Of a DNA stretch of 22,489 bases, positions 8,376 to 16,935 are shown piece after piece. Position 1 is the stretch's first letter; each line of letters begins with the position of its first letter. The position numbers and the translations under genes were made by a program. The notes under the pieces were generated by a model that saw only the letters and a program-made list of their open reading frames with translations, did not search any database and was not told the origin of the DNA. The DNA is from Pseudomonadota bacterium (GTDB lineage Bacteria > Bdellovibrionota > FAC87 > UBA2466), in NCBI GenBank assembly GCA_043718025.1, contig JAYSWN010000162.1:1-22489 (forward strand), read 5' to 3'.

Positions 8376-9350
8376 TTAGCGCTTCTTCCAGCCGCCGCCG
8401 CCTTTTTCAAGGTTGCGTACGTACTCCATGAAACTTTCACGGTTTTCCATCACTTCGGCGCTACGTCCGCCACTCCCACGGTGTCCACCGCCGCCGCCGC
8501 CACCATGTCGGCCGCCGCCGCCGCCGCGTCGGTTATTATTGCCGCCGCCGTCATTGCGGTGGCCACCGTGATTTCCGGTGTTGTGCTGTGGTGGGCGATT
8601 ACCGCTGTTCTGTTGCGCCGGACGATTACCGGCGCCACCAGAGCGAGGCGCTGGCTCATTGCGACGCTCAACCGCGCCGGCAATCAACTCCGCCACCAGC
8701 TTATCGATCGAAACTTTTTCATAACGCGACAGCAGATCGAGCTTTCTAAAAAGCCCTTGCGACATCGGCACGGAAAGCGTCGTTGGATAGGATTTAGCGC
8801 CCAGAGGCTCAGGAACGGCGTCGCCACGTCGGCGTACGAATTCGATATGATCTTCCACCGCCATGCGAATCTCATCGAGCGCCGCTTCGGGATTATTAGA
8901 GGTGATGCGGATTTCCGGAAACTCAACCACGGTGCCCAAATAACGACGGGACTGGCGATCGAATGTCACTTGAAACTGATAATCGTCGGCTGGCCCCAGC
9001 GGCTGCCGAGGTTCTTCGCGACGGGCCGCCGGTTGCGGACGTCGATCGTCATCATAATCGTCATCCTCATCGTAATCGTTGCGGCCGCGCGGTGCGCGAT
9101 TGTCGACGTCGTCCCGATCATCATCGTGTCGGTCGTCCTTTGATTGAGTACTAAGCGCCGGGGGCAAGCTTCGCGTTTCGGAAATCACCTCTTCCCGACT
9201 CTCTTCATTCTGATTTTCGTTCGGCATTGTGGATTGCGTCTCCTCAACCTCTAAGATCTCTTCAGGCTCGTCTTCTTTGGGTTTACGGTCGCCACCGGCT
9301 TTTGCGCGCACTTTACCGCGCGTGCTTTTAACTTTTTTGGGCTCGGACAT
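8376..9350 (-). CDS. HicB-like protein (partial RNase H fold plus RHH) with long disordered acidic N-terminus and Gly/Arg/Asn-rich C-terminus
   Basis: aa ~124-228 YQFQVTF..YLGTVVEFPEI...PEAALDEI...GDAVPEPL..KSY...LSVPMSQGLFRKL...EKVSIDKLV matches the HicB pattern (Y..xxEFP, G.xxPEP, then RHH). GAGG SD before ATG 9350. Confidence 0.78.
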   Translation of the reverse strand: MSEPKKVKSTRGKVRAKAGGDRKPKEDEPEEILEVEETQSTMPNENQNEESREEVISETRSLPPALSTQSKDDRHDDDRDDVDNRAPRGRNDYDEDDDYDDDRRPQPAARREEPRQPLGPADDYQFQVTFDRQSRRYLGTVVEFPEIRITSNNPEAALDEIRMAVEDHIEFVRRRGDAVPEPLGAKSYPTTLSVPMSQGLFRKLDLLSRYEKVSIDKLVAELIAGAVERRNEPAPRSGGAGNRPAQQNSGNRPPQHNTGNHGGHRNDGGGNNNRRGGGGGRHGGGGGGGHRGSGGRSAEVMENRESFMEYVRNLEKGGGGWKKR

Positions 9351-9686
9351 TGGGGACCTCTTTTTTTGACCAAATAAAACAATCGGCTTGAAGAGACTTT
9401 AGTGTTTAACACTTAGCAATCTGGAATTCCAGTGCGATTCTTTCGCCAGATTCTCCACGTCATCGGTCTTATCCTCAGAAATAGCAGTATGTTATCGCCA
9501 ATGCGGTCGGCGCGCCGAATCGGGCTCCAAGGATACGTCTCTATCCTTCTGATGTTGACTGAAATTACATCCGCCACACGTAATGGGATGGCGGCCTTGC
9601 CGTGCTTCACCAATAACTACCAACGAATGGCGCCGAATGGAATCGCCGCAATGGCATTAAACAAAGTAATTACAAATACTTACCTT

Positions 9687-9711
9687 TACCCAGACTTTTT
9701 AAGTCCAAATA
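9687..9711 (+). promoter_or_regulatory. IscR/Rrf2 type-1-like operator, site 1
   Basis: tacccaGACTttttaAGTCcaaata has the GACT-N5-AGTC core of the IscR type-1 consensus and abuts the -35. Confidence 0.7.
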
Positions 9712-9712
9712 C

Positions 9713-9741
9713 TTGACATGATTGCCCATTTCTCCGACTAT
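9713..9741 (+). promoter_or_regulatory. sigma70 promoter of the isc operon
   Basis: TTGACA (9713-9718), 17 nt, then GACTAT (9736-9741). Confidence 0.55.
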
Positions 9742-9753
9742 GAAAGAAAGTAG

Positions 9754-9778
9754 AAATTGGACTAAAATAGTCTTATAA
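9754..9778 (+). promoter_or_regulatory. IscR/Rrf2 type-1-like operator, site 2
   Basis: aaattgGACTaaaatAGTCttataa, a near inverted copy of site 1. Confidence 0.72.
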
Positions 9779-9815
9779 GAACAGACCGGTCCTCTTTCCA
9801 CGAAACAAAGGCGTT

Positions 9816-10232
9816 ATGTTGCGAGTGAACAAAAAAATGGAGTACGGCATTTTAGCGCTGCTTCATCTCTCTGCCGAGCCAGAGAAGGTGGCCAGCGTTC
9901 GCGAGATTTCTCAGACGTGCCGCATTCCCGAAGCGCTCTTAAGCAAAGTGATGCAGCTCATGAAGAATGCGGGGTTGGTGAAAGTGACGCACGGCAATCA
10001 CGGCGGCTATCAACTCAATCGCGATTTATCGCAAATTAACCTTCTCGACATGTCTCAGGTTTTGGTCGGCCCAGTTCAGTTAACTGAGTGCCTTGAACCG
10101 GGCAATGACACCTGCCCCATTCGCCAAGGCTGCCGGCTTGTCAGTCCGATGACCATGCTTAACGATAAGCTAATTGAGCTGTTTCAAACGACATCACTCG
10201 AGTCGATTGCAACGCAGAGGATCGCTGTATGA
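9816..10232 (+). CDS. iscR: Rrf2-family Fe-S cluster assembly regulator (IscR-like)
   Basis: wHTH with G..GGY motif, three C-terminal Cys (C-X7-C-X5-C), first gene of the isc operon. Confidence 0.85.
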   Translation: MLRVNKKMEYGILALLHLSAEPEKVASVREISQTCRIPEALLSKVMQLMKNAGLVKVTHGNHGGYQLNRDLSQINLLDMSQVLVGPVQLTECLEPGNDTCPIRQGCRLVSPMTMLNDKLIELFQTTSLESIATQRIAV

Positions 10233-11452
10233 GCACTGTAAAACTACCCGTTTATATGGATTACCAAGCAACCACGCCACTCGACCCGCGGGCGCTGGAA
10301 GCGATGATGCCTTTTTTAACGACGGTGTTTGGAAATGCGGCAAGCCGCAGCCACAGCTTTGGCTGGGAAGCCGAACAAGCGGTAGAAAAAGCGCGAGCAG
10401 AAATTGCCGCGCTTATCGGTGCTAATCCTAAAGAGATTGTTTTCACCAGCGGCGCCACCGAGAGCATCAACATTGCCTTAAAAGGCGCGCTAGAGATGTA
10501 CGGCGAAAAAGGCAAGCATGTCATTACCGTAGTCAATGAACATAAAGCCACCCTCGACTCCGCAAAGTATTTGGAAAAACTGGGAGGCACCGTCACCTAT
10601 CTTCCCGTCGATAAATACGGACAGGTGAGTTTAGATGCGGTTAAAAATGCTCTTACCGAGAAGACGATTTTAATTTCGGTAATGCACGCTAACAATGAAA
10701 TCGGCACCATCAATCCCATTGCCGAAATCGGCAAGCTAGCTAAGGAAAAGGGAATTTTGTTTCATGTGGATGGCGCTCAGACGGTCGGAAAAATTCCGGT
10801 CGATGTGAACGCACTGAACATCGACATTCTCTCGATCTCCGGCCACAAAATGTATGGCCCCAAAGGGGTGGGTGCCTTGTACGTTCGCCGTCAAAACCCG
10901 CGCGTGCGTTTGGCGCCGGTAATTCATGGCGGCGGCCACGAGCGCGGTTTTCGTTCGGGAACCTTAAATGTGCCCGGTATTGTGGGTTTGGGCAAAGCGG
11001 CCGAGATTGCCCGTATCGACATGGTTAAGGACACCGCCCATGTGCTGGCACTTCGCGACCGGCTGCACCACGGTATCGTTAAAGAATTAGAAGAGGTCTT
11101 TTTAAATGGTCACCCGACGGAGCGATTACCAAATAATTTGAATTTGAGTTTTGCTTACGTGGAAGGCGAAGCCATGATGATGGGCCTGAAAGAAATTGCC
11201 GTATCATCAGGGTCTGCTTGCACCTCAGCGTCATTAGAACCCTCCTACGTATTAAAAGCGATGGGCGTGGGCGAAGAGCTGGCTCACTCATCGATCCGTT
11301 TTGGATTAGGCCGCTTTAATACCGAGGCTGAAGTGGATTATGTAATCGATAAAGTGGTGAGCTGTGTAAAACGGCTACGCGACATGTCACCACTTTATGA
11401 GATGGCCAAAGAAGGAATTGATTTGAAAAGCGTTCAGTGGACAACTCACTGA
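10229..11452 (+). CDS. iscS: Cysteine desulfurase IscS
   Basis: [19 protein letters not shown] (PLP Lys), [17 protein letters not shown] and C-terminal [10 protein letters not shown]. Confidence 0.98.
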   Translation: MSTVKLPVYMDYQATTPLDPRALEAMMPFLTTVFGNAASRSHSFGWEAEQAVEKARAEIAALIGANPKEIVFTSGATESINIALKGALEMYGEKGKHVITVVNEHKATLDSAKYLEKLGGTVTYLPVDKYGQVSLDAVKNALTEKTILISVMHANNEIGTINPIAEIGKLAKEKGILFHVDGAQTVGKIPVDVNALNIDILSISGHKMYGPKGVGALYVRRQNPRVRLAPVIHGGGHERGFRSGTLNVPGIVGLGKAAEIARIDMVKDTAHVLALRDRLHHGIVKELEEVFLNGHPTERLPNNLNLSFAYVEGEAMMMGLKEIAVSSGSACTSASLEPSYVLKAMGVGEELAHSSIRFGLGRFNTEAEVDYVIDKVVSCVKRLRDMSPLYEMAKEGIDLKSVQWTTH

Positions 11453-11496
11453 CCTAAGTTAACCGTTTCACCCAAAGCATAGTTTCAGGAGCATTT

Positions 11497-11874
11497 ATGG
11501 CATACGGACCAAAAGTAATTGATCACTACACTAATCCCCGCAATGTGGGCTCACTCGATAAGGCCGCTTCCGACGTTGGCACCGGCGTGGTGGGCGCGCC
11601 AGAGTGCGGCGACGTGATGAAGTTGCAGCTTAAAATCCGAGACAACGTAGTTGAAGATGCCAAATTTAAAACCTTTGGCTGCGGAAGCGCCATTGCCAGC
11701 TCGAGTTTGGCTACGGAATGGGTAAAAGGAAAAACCGTGGATGAGGTGTTAAAAATCAAGAACACCGATATCGTAAACGAATTGGCCCTTCCGCCAGTAA
11801 AAATTCACTGTTCCGTATTGGCCGAAGACGCGATTCGCGCCGCGATTGCCGACTATAAGAAAAAGCAGGGGTAG
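11497..11874 (+). CDS. iscU: Fe-S scaffold IscU
   Basis: GAPECGDVM, FGCGSAIASSS, LPPVKIHC. Confidence 0.98.
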   Translation: MAYGPKVIDHYTNPRNVGSLDKAASDVGTGVVGAPECGDVMKLQLKIRDNVVEDAKFKTFGCGSAIASSSLATEWVKGKTVDEVLKIKNTDIVNELALPPVKIHCSVLAEDAIRAAIADYKKKQG

Positions 11875-11917
11875 ACCTTACGGACTCGGTAACGAGGAAT
11901 TTGATAAAGGAGCGTAT

Positions 11918-12244
11918 ATGATTCAGCTCTCAGAGACTGCAGTTAAACAAATAAAAGTGATTCGCGCCGACGAAAAAGCGGCAGAGACCGCGGGGCTGCG
12001 TATTTCTGTGGTGGGCGGTGGTTGCAGCGGACTGTCCTACAAACTTGATTTTCAAAAAGAGCCGGTCGCCAACGACAAGGTTTTCGAAATCGAGGGCGTG
12101 CGTATCTTCGTGGACCCTAAAAGCTTTCTCTATATCAAGGGCCTTACCCTGGACTATTCCGGGGGGTTAAACGGAACTGGATTCACCTTTACGAACCCTA
12201 ATGCGACTAAGAGTTGTGGCTGTGGAACCTCGTTTTCCGTCTGA
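11918..12244 (+). CDS. iscA: A-type Fe-S carrier IscA (HesB/IscA family)
   Basis: GGGCSGLSY and NPNATKSCGCGTSF. AAGGAG SD before ATG 11918. Confidence 0.93.
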   Translation: MIQLSETAVKQIKVIRADEKAAETAGLRISVVGGGCSGLSYKLDFQKEPVANDKVFEIEGVRIFVDPKSFLYIKGLTLDYSGGLNGTGFTFTNPNATKSCGCGTSFSV

Positions 12245-12845
12245 AACCATTAAATGTTGGTGCTGCGGCTCGCCTCGTATTGCCCTCCCCTTTTGTGAAG
12301 AGTGCAAAAAAATTCAGGAACACCCAGCCACTTATGGCCCTTTTGAAACCTTGAATGAGATGATCTCACTTCGGATCGATGAAGAGGGGCTACGACAGAA
12401 GTATTTAGCGCTGTCCAAGGCGGTGCACTCCGACCGGTTTGCCAACACCTCCCCCCGCGAGTCACTTTACGCTTCCCGTTGGGCCCGTGCCATCAATCAA
12501 AGTTACTCGCCACTAAAAGAGACGCTGCCACGAGCCGAAGCCATTCTTAAACATTTCAAAAAGGATGACCTGCTCAAAAAAGCAAACGCTCCTGTTTCGC
12601 TGGCCGAAGCCTATTTTGAGTTCCAAGAGCAGGCTGAACAAAACGTATCACCTGCGGCCTGGCAGCCCTTCTTGGAAAAATTGGATTTCCACCGGAAATC
12701 GATTGAAGCGCGGCGAGAGTTTTTTGAGGCTTTACCAAGCTGGAACGAAACCTCGCTTAAAGAGTTAGCGGAGTGGATCACTTTTCAGCGTTATTTAGAC
12801 TCTATGGAAAATGACATTAAAAAAAGAAGTGAAGGCGAGAAGTAA
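12222..12845 (+). CDS. hscB: Co-chaperone HscB with N-terminal Cys-rich metal-binding motif (start uncertain)
   Basis: CWCC...FCEEC N-terminal motif, J-domain KYLALSKAVHSDRF..INQSY..L...RA, position between iscA and hscA. Possible starts are ATG 12201, GTG 12216, GTG 12222 and ATT 12249. Confidence 0.85.
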   Translation: MEPRFPSETIKCWCCGSPRIALPFCEECKKIQEHPATYGPFETLNEMISLRIDEEGLRQKYLALSKAVHSDRFANTSPRESLYASRWARAINQSYSPLKETLPRAEAILKHFKKDDLLKKANAPVSLAEAYFEFQEQAEQNVSPAAWQPFLEKLDFHRKSIEARREFFEALPSWNETSLKELAEWITFQRYLDSMENDIKKRSEGEK

Positions 12846-14644
12846 TGCCCATTGTAGGAATTGATTTAGGAACCACCAACAGCCTAATCGGCGCCATTGA
12901 AAAGGGGCGGCCGCGCCTTCTCCTTGACGACAACGGCTCAGCGCTCATCCCCTCGGTACTGCACTTTGAAAAAGAGGGCGACGCTCCGGTAGTGGGGCAT
13001 CGAGCAAGAGATCGTCGCGTCGATTCAGCCCACCGTGTGCTTTTCAGCACCAAACGGTTCATGGGTCGCGGCAAGAATGATCTCACCCCAGCCGATCGGT
13101 CATTGCCTTTAGATTTTAGTCCGAGCGATGAAAATACGGTTCGATTCGGCGTTGCGGGGAAAGCCGTTTCCCCCATCGAAGCTGGCGCGCACGTGTTGTC
13201 ACACTTAAAGAAGCTGGCGCAGAGAGAATGGGGCAACGAGGTAAAAAAGGCCGTAGTCACCGTACCAGCCTATTTTGATGATTCTCAACGGCAGGCCACC
13301 AAATTGGCGGGTGAACTGGCCGGTTGGGAAGTGGTGCGCATCATCAACGAACCGACTGCGGCCTGTTTGGCGTACGGCATCGACAAAAAAACCATGGGCA
13401 TTGTGGCGGTTTTTGATCTGGGCGGCGGCACCTTTGATATTTCGCTGCTGCGAGTTCAAGACGGTATTTTCGAAGTTTTAGCCACTAACGGCAATACGGC
13501 ATTGGGCGGCGATGACTTTGATCACGCCGTTTGTGACGTACTGTTGAACAAGGCGGGCTTAGGAACGACTTCGCTCTCCGATCGGGCGCGTTTATTAGTG
13601 GTGGCTGAGCAAGCTAAGCGCGAACTCTCAGTGCATGAGAGCACCAAAGTGTTGGTTACCATGGGCGTAAAAGAGGTGACGGTTACTTTTACCCGCGCCG
13701 ATTTTGAATTAGCGGTAGCCCCTTTGCTCGAAAAATTGGTCGGCCCCTGCGAACAAGCACTGGCCGATGCCAAGCTGAAGCCCACCCAAATCTCCGACGT
13801 AATTTTAGTGGGTGGAAGCACCCGCGTGCCGGCGGTTAAGGCCACCGCACAAAAAATATTTAACCGCGAACCGCACTTCACGCTGAACCCAGATGAGGTG
13901 GTGGCAATGGGAGCCGCGGTTCAAGCAAACTTAATCTCGGCCCAAAGCGGTGAGATGGTTCTTCTCGACGTGATCCCGCTTTCATTGGGCATTGAGACCA
14001 TGGGCGGCATCGTGACCAAAATCTTGCACCGCAACTCCACCGTACCGTTCGCGGCGGTCGAACACTTTTCGACCTACGTTGATGGCCAAAAGAATGTAGA
14101 CATTCACGTCGTGCAAGGAGAACGCGAGCTGGTAAAAGACAACCGCAGCCTGGCCCGTTTCCAGTTGCGTGGCCTGCCCCCGCTGCCGGCCGGAATTCCT
14201 AAAATTGAAGTTGAGTTCGTGGTCGACGTAAATGGCATTCTAAGCGTCCGCGCGTCGGAGCTGCGCACCGGCACCAATACGTCGGTGACCGTGAACCCAA
14301 GTTTTGGGTTAAACGATGCCGAGGTCGAAAAGATGCTGATGGAGAGCTTCGACAACGCCGAGCGCGACTTTGAAGCCCGCTTTTTGATCGAGGCCATGAA
14401 TGAGGCAGATGCCTTGAAACGGGCCACTGAAAAATCGGTGGGATCACATCACGCGTTGTTGCAACCAGGAGAAAAGGAAGAGATATCGACCGCTCTCTCT
14501 CGTTTGGAAAAGTCGCTCGAGATCAAAGATCGCGAGCTGGTGAAAAAACGCATCGAGGAACTCAATGAGGTCACCAAACCCTTTGCCGAAAGAATTTTAG
14601 ACAGTGCGGTTTCTAATGCCCTCAAAGGTCACGAACTCACCTAA
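12845..14644 (+). CDS. hscA: Fe-S-dedicated Hsp70 chaperone HscA
   Basis: GIDLGTTNS, TVPAYFDDSQRQAT, RIINEPTAA, DLGGGTFDIS, LLDVIPLSLGIETMGG, within the isc operon. Confidence 0.95.
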   Translation: MPIVGIDLGTTNSLIGAIEKGRPRLLLDDNGSALIPSVLHFEKEGDAPVVGHRARDRRVDSAHRVLFSTKRFMGRGKNDLTPADRSLPLDFSPSDENTVRFGVAGKAVSPIEAGAHVLSHLKKLAQREWGNEVKKAVVTVPAYFDDSQRQATKLAGELAGWEVVRIINEPTAACLAYGIDKKTMGIVAVFDLGGGTFDISLLRVQDGIFEVLATNGNTALGGDDFDHAVCDVLLNKAGLGTTSLSDRARLLVVAEQAKRELSVHESTKVLVTMGVKEVTVTFTRADFELAVAPLLEKLVGPCEQALADAKLKPTQISDVILVGGSTRVPAVKATAQKIFNREPHFTLNPDEVVAMGAAVQANLISAQSGEMVLLDVIPLSLGIETMGGIVTKILHRNSTVPFAAVEHFSTYVDGQKNVDIHVVQGERELVKDNRSLARFQLRGLPPLPAGIPKIEVEFVVDVNGILSVRASELRTGTNTSVTVNPSFGLNDAEVEKMLMESFDNAERDFEARFLIEAMNEADALKRATEKSVGSHHALLQPGEKEEISTALSRLEKSLEIKDRELVKKRIEELNEVTKPFAERILDSAVSNALKGHELT

Positions 14645-14653
14645 GGAGCTTTT

Positions 14654-14848
14654 ATGAAGTGGACCGACACCCGAGAGATTGCGATTGCTTTGTTTGAAAA
14701 ATTTCCGAACCTAGATCCATTGACCCTGCGCTTTACCGACCTCCATAAATGGGTGACCGAACTGGATGGCTTTGATGACGACACCAAGCGCTCAAACGAA
14801 AAGATTTTGGAGTCGATTCAGATGCTCTGGCTCGATGAACGCGATTGA
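14654..14848 (+). CDS. iscX: Fe-S assembly protein IscX (YfhJ)
   Basis: MKWTD..EIAIAL....P..DP..LRFTDLH.WV..L..F.DD...SNEKILE.IQM.WLDE. AAGGAG SD. Confidence 0.95.
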   Translation: MKWTDTREIAIALFEKFPNLDPLTLRFTDLHKWVTELDGFDDDTKRSNEKILESIQMLWLDERD

Positions 14849-15045
14849 ACTGCCAGTTACCGAGCTGCGCCTTAGTCGCACTGTAAAGGCACGCTAAGCT
14901 CGCTAAAATGCCCGATCTACCCATGATCCACATTGACACAACGCGCTAATTTCATGATTCCTAAACAGTCGAATTCAGGCTGCTTTCGGCCTTTAGGATG
15001 GGGATCCGGAATTAAATTCTGGGGCTCCGGAGGAGACTTAAGCCC

Positions 15046-15951
15046 ATGCAATTAGTTGCAAATCACAATCAAACTACCCACGTTTCCGGAAATCTTTGGC
15101 AGGTAATTCTGATCCACCTTGTGGTCTTGGGGTTTGCCCCTTGGCTATTCACCTGGGGGGCCGCTGGGTTTGCCCTGGGAACCGCGCTTTTGTTCGGCTA
15201 TTCGATGGGAATTTTCCATCACATGTACCTAACCCACCGCTCATTCAAATGTGCTCCGATCGTGGAGCAGTTGGGCTCGATCTTAGGCACCTTAACCTGG
15301 CGTGGCCCCTTTGCCGCACCTATCCGTTACGTGGCAATGCACAAAATCCATCATGCCTACGCTGACACCGAGCTCGATCCGCATACGCCCACAAAAGGCT
15401 ACTGGTTTGCGCTCATGTCGTGGTTTTGGCAAATGCCGTTGGGCTTTACCCGTCTGGAGCTATACTCGACCTACGTTCCAGAAATGGCCAATGATCCGTT
15501 TCACCTCTGGCTCGATCGCAATGTAAATTTTTTACAATTCCTATGGGGAGGGCTCTGCTTCGCGGCCGGTGGACTAGTGCCTTTTATCACGAACGCTACG
15601 CCATACTTTGATTGGGAAAACGCCGCACGTTTTATGGTCTACGGAGTTTTTGTTCGCGCCTTTTTAAGTCTGTATCTCATCAACGCGGTCGATCTCGTTA
15701 ACCACACCATGGGATACCGTTCGTATGAAACGAAAGATAATTCCACGAATAGCTTTTTGATGGCGAGTATCCACTTGGGCGGAGCCATTTCGTGGCACAA
15801 CAACCACCATGCCCACCAACACTATTTTACGGTTAAAAAGAATTGGTGGGAGTTCGACGTGCACCACGTCTTTTTGATGGGACTAGAGAAATTAGGCCTG
15901 GTCTCTAACATATTAATCTTAGATGAGTCCCACCCGAAAATACTTAGTTGA
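15046..15951 (+). CDS. Delta-9-like membrane fatty acid (acyl-CoA/lipid) desaturase
   Basis: His boxes HHMYLTHRSF, HKIHH..D...DPHTP and WHNNHHAH, plus GYRSYET.DNSTN. GGAGGAG SD. Confidence 0.92.
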   Translation: MQLVANHNQTTHVSGNLWQVILIHLVVLGFAPWLFTWGAAGFALGTALLFGYSMGIFHHMYLTHRSFKCAPIVEQLGSILGTLTWRGPFAAPIRYVAMHKIHHAYADTELDPHTPTKGYWFALMSWFWQMPLGFTRLELYSTYVPEMANDPFHLWLDRNVNFLQFLWGGLCFAAGGLVPFITNATPYFDWENAARFMVYGVFVRAFLSLYLINAVDLVNHTMGYRSYETKDNSTNSFLMASIHLGGAISWHNNHHAHQHYFTVKKNWWEFDVHHVFLMGLEKLGLVSNILILDESHPKILS

Positions 15952-15969
15952 GTAAATTTGGGAGTGAGT

Positions 15970-16935
15970 ATGGAACCTAGGACCGATAAAAATTTTATCC
16001 TCCCCAAGAGCTTACATGAACGTTCGTCGCTCAAGGCCGGGGTAGGTATTGTTTATGCCGCCCTGTTATTTTTTGGATCGTGGGCGCTATTGGGCGCGCT
16101 TTGGTCGACTAAATTCGCCCTCTCGATAAAAATTATCGCCGCACTGCCGATCCTCATTGTTGCTGGCTACGGCATGTTGCTCATGGGTTTCATGGGGCAT
16201 GATGGCACGCACTTCACACTTAGCGATAACAAAGTCACGAGTGCGAAAATGGGCATTTTCATTACGGCGCCAATTTTTCCTTACATGCTCATGGGATTTA
16301 CCATCTCGCATTGGAACCATCACAAATTTACCAACGGGTTGGAAGACCCGGATGCGGTTCTCTTTTCGCGTTTTAAGACGCTATTTGGCCGCATGTTTTT
16401 GGCCCGTCCCTTTTCTTTTTGGGAGTATGGCTCGAATACCGTGCGACTTGCACTTGGCATTGCGTTGCCATTTAAGTATCAGTTTCCGCTCGAACCGGCG
16501 GTGGTGCAGCGGTTGGCCCGCATAAACGTTGCCGCCACATTTTTTGTCGGCGTGATCTATTTCGCGGTTGCGCTTTACTCTCCCGTTTATTTTGCGGCAC
16601 TAACCGCCATCTATCTCTTTGGAACGGCAATCAGTGGATTATCGCCGTACGTAGAGCACACCGGAACGGGGCTGGGTCGTGGCCGGGATACCCGCACCGC
16701 GATTGGACGGTGGTGGGACGCTTTAATATTGGGAAATAACTACCACATCGAGCATCACCTCTACCCCACCATCCCGTTCTACCATTTAAAAAAAGCCCAC
16801 CACCATTTGGTGGCTCAGGGTTTTTACTCGCAGGCCGACCGCTATGTTTCGGGTGGAGCGTGGGATACTTACCGATACGCTTTCGGAAAATACCCCTATC
16901 CAAAGTTCACTAAGAATCCGGACGCGGGGAATTAA
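15970..16935 (+). CDS. Membrane fatty acid desaturase family protein (non-delta-9 type)
   Basis: His boxes HDGTH, HWNHH and NYHIEHHLYP, with several TM segments. GGAG SD before ATG 15970. Confidence 0.9.
   Translation: MEPRTDKNFILPKSLHERSSLKAGVGIVYAALLFFGSWALLGALWSTKFALSIKIIAALPILIVAGYGMLLMGFMGHDGTHFTLSDNKVTSAKMGIFITAPIFPYMLMGFTISHWNHHKFTNGLEDPDAVLFSRFKTLFGRMFLARPFSFWEYGSNTVRLALGIALPFKYQFPLEPAVVQRLARINVAATFFVGVIYFAVALYSPVYFAALTAIYLFGTAISGLSPYVEHTGTGLGRGRDTRTAIGRWWDALILGNNYHIEHHLYPTIPFYHLKKAHHHLVAQGFYSQADRYVSGGAWDTYRYAFGKYPYPKFTKNPDAGN

Noticed and set aside
8450..9154. Overlapping ORFs and GCC repeats within the HicB-like gene
   Set aside because: Explained by low-complexity Gly/Asp codons. 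Not a tandem-repeat element or CRISPR.
9413..9716. ORFs 9432..9716 (+) and 9413..9613 (-) as a possible hicA toxin
   Set aside because: No HicA signature (G-S-H, dsRBD-like fold) and no SD. The longer ORF runs over the isc operator/promoter.
14933..14961. TTGACA upstream of the desaturases as a promoter
   Set aside because: No convincing -10 at 16-18 nt spacing, so it is not called.
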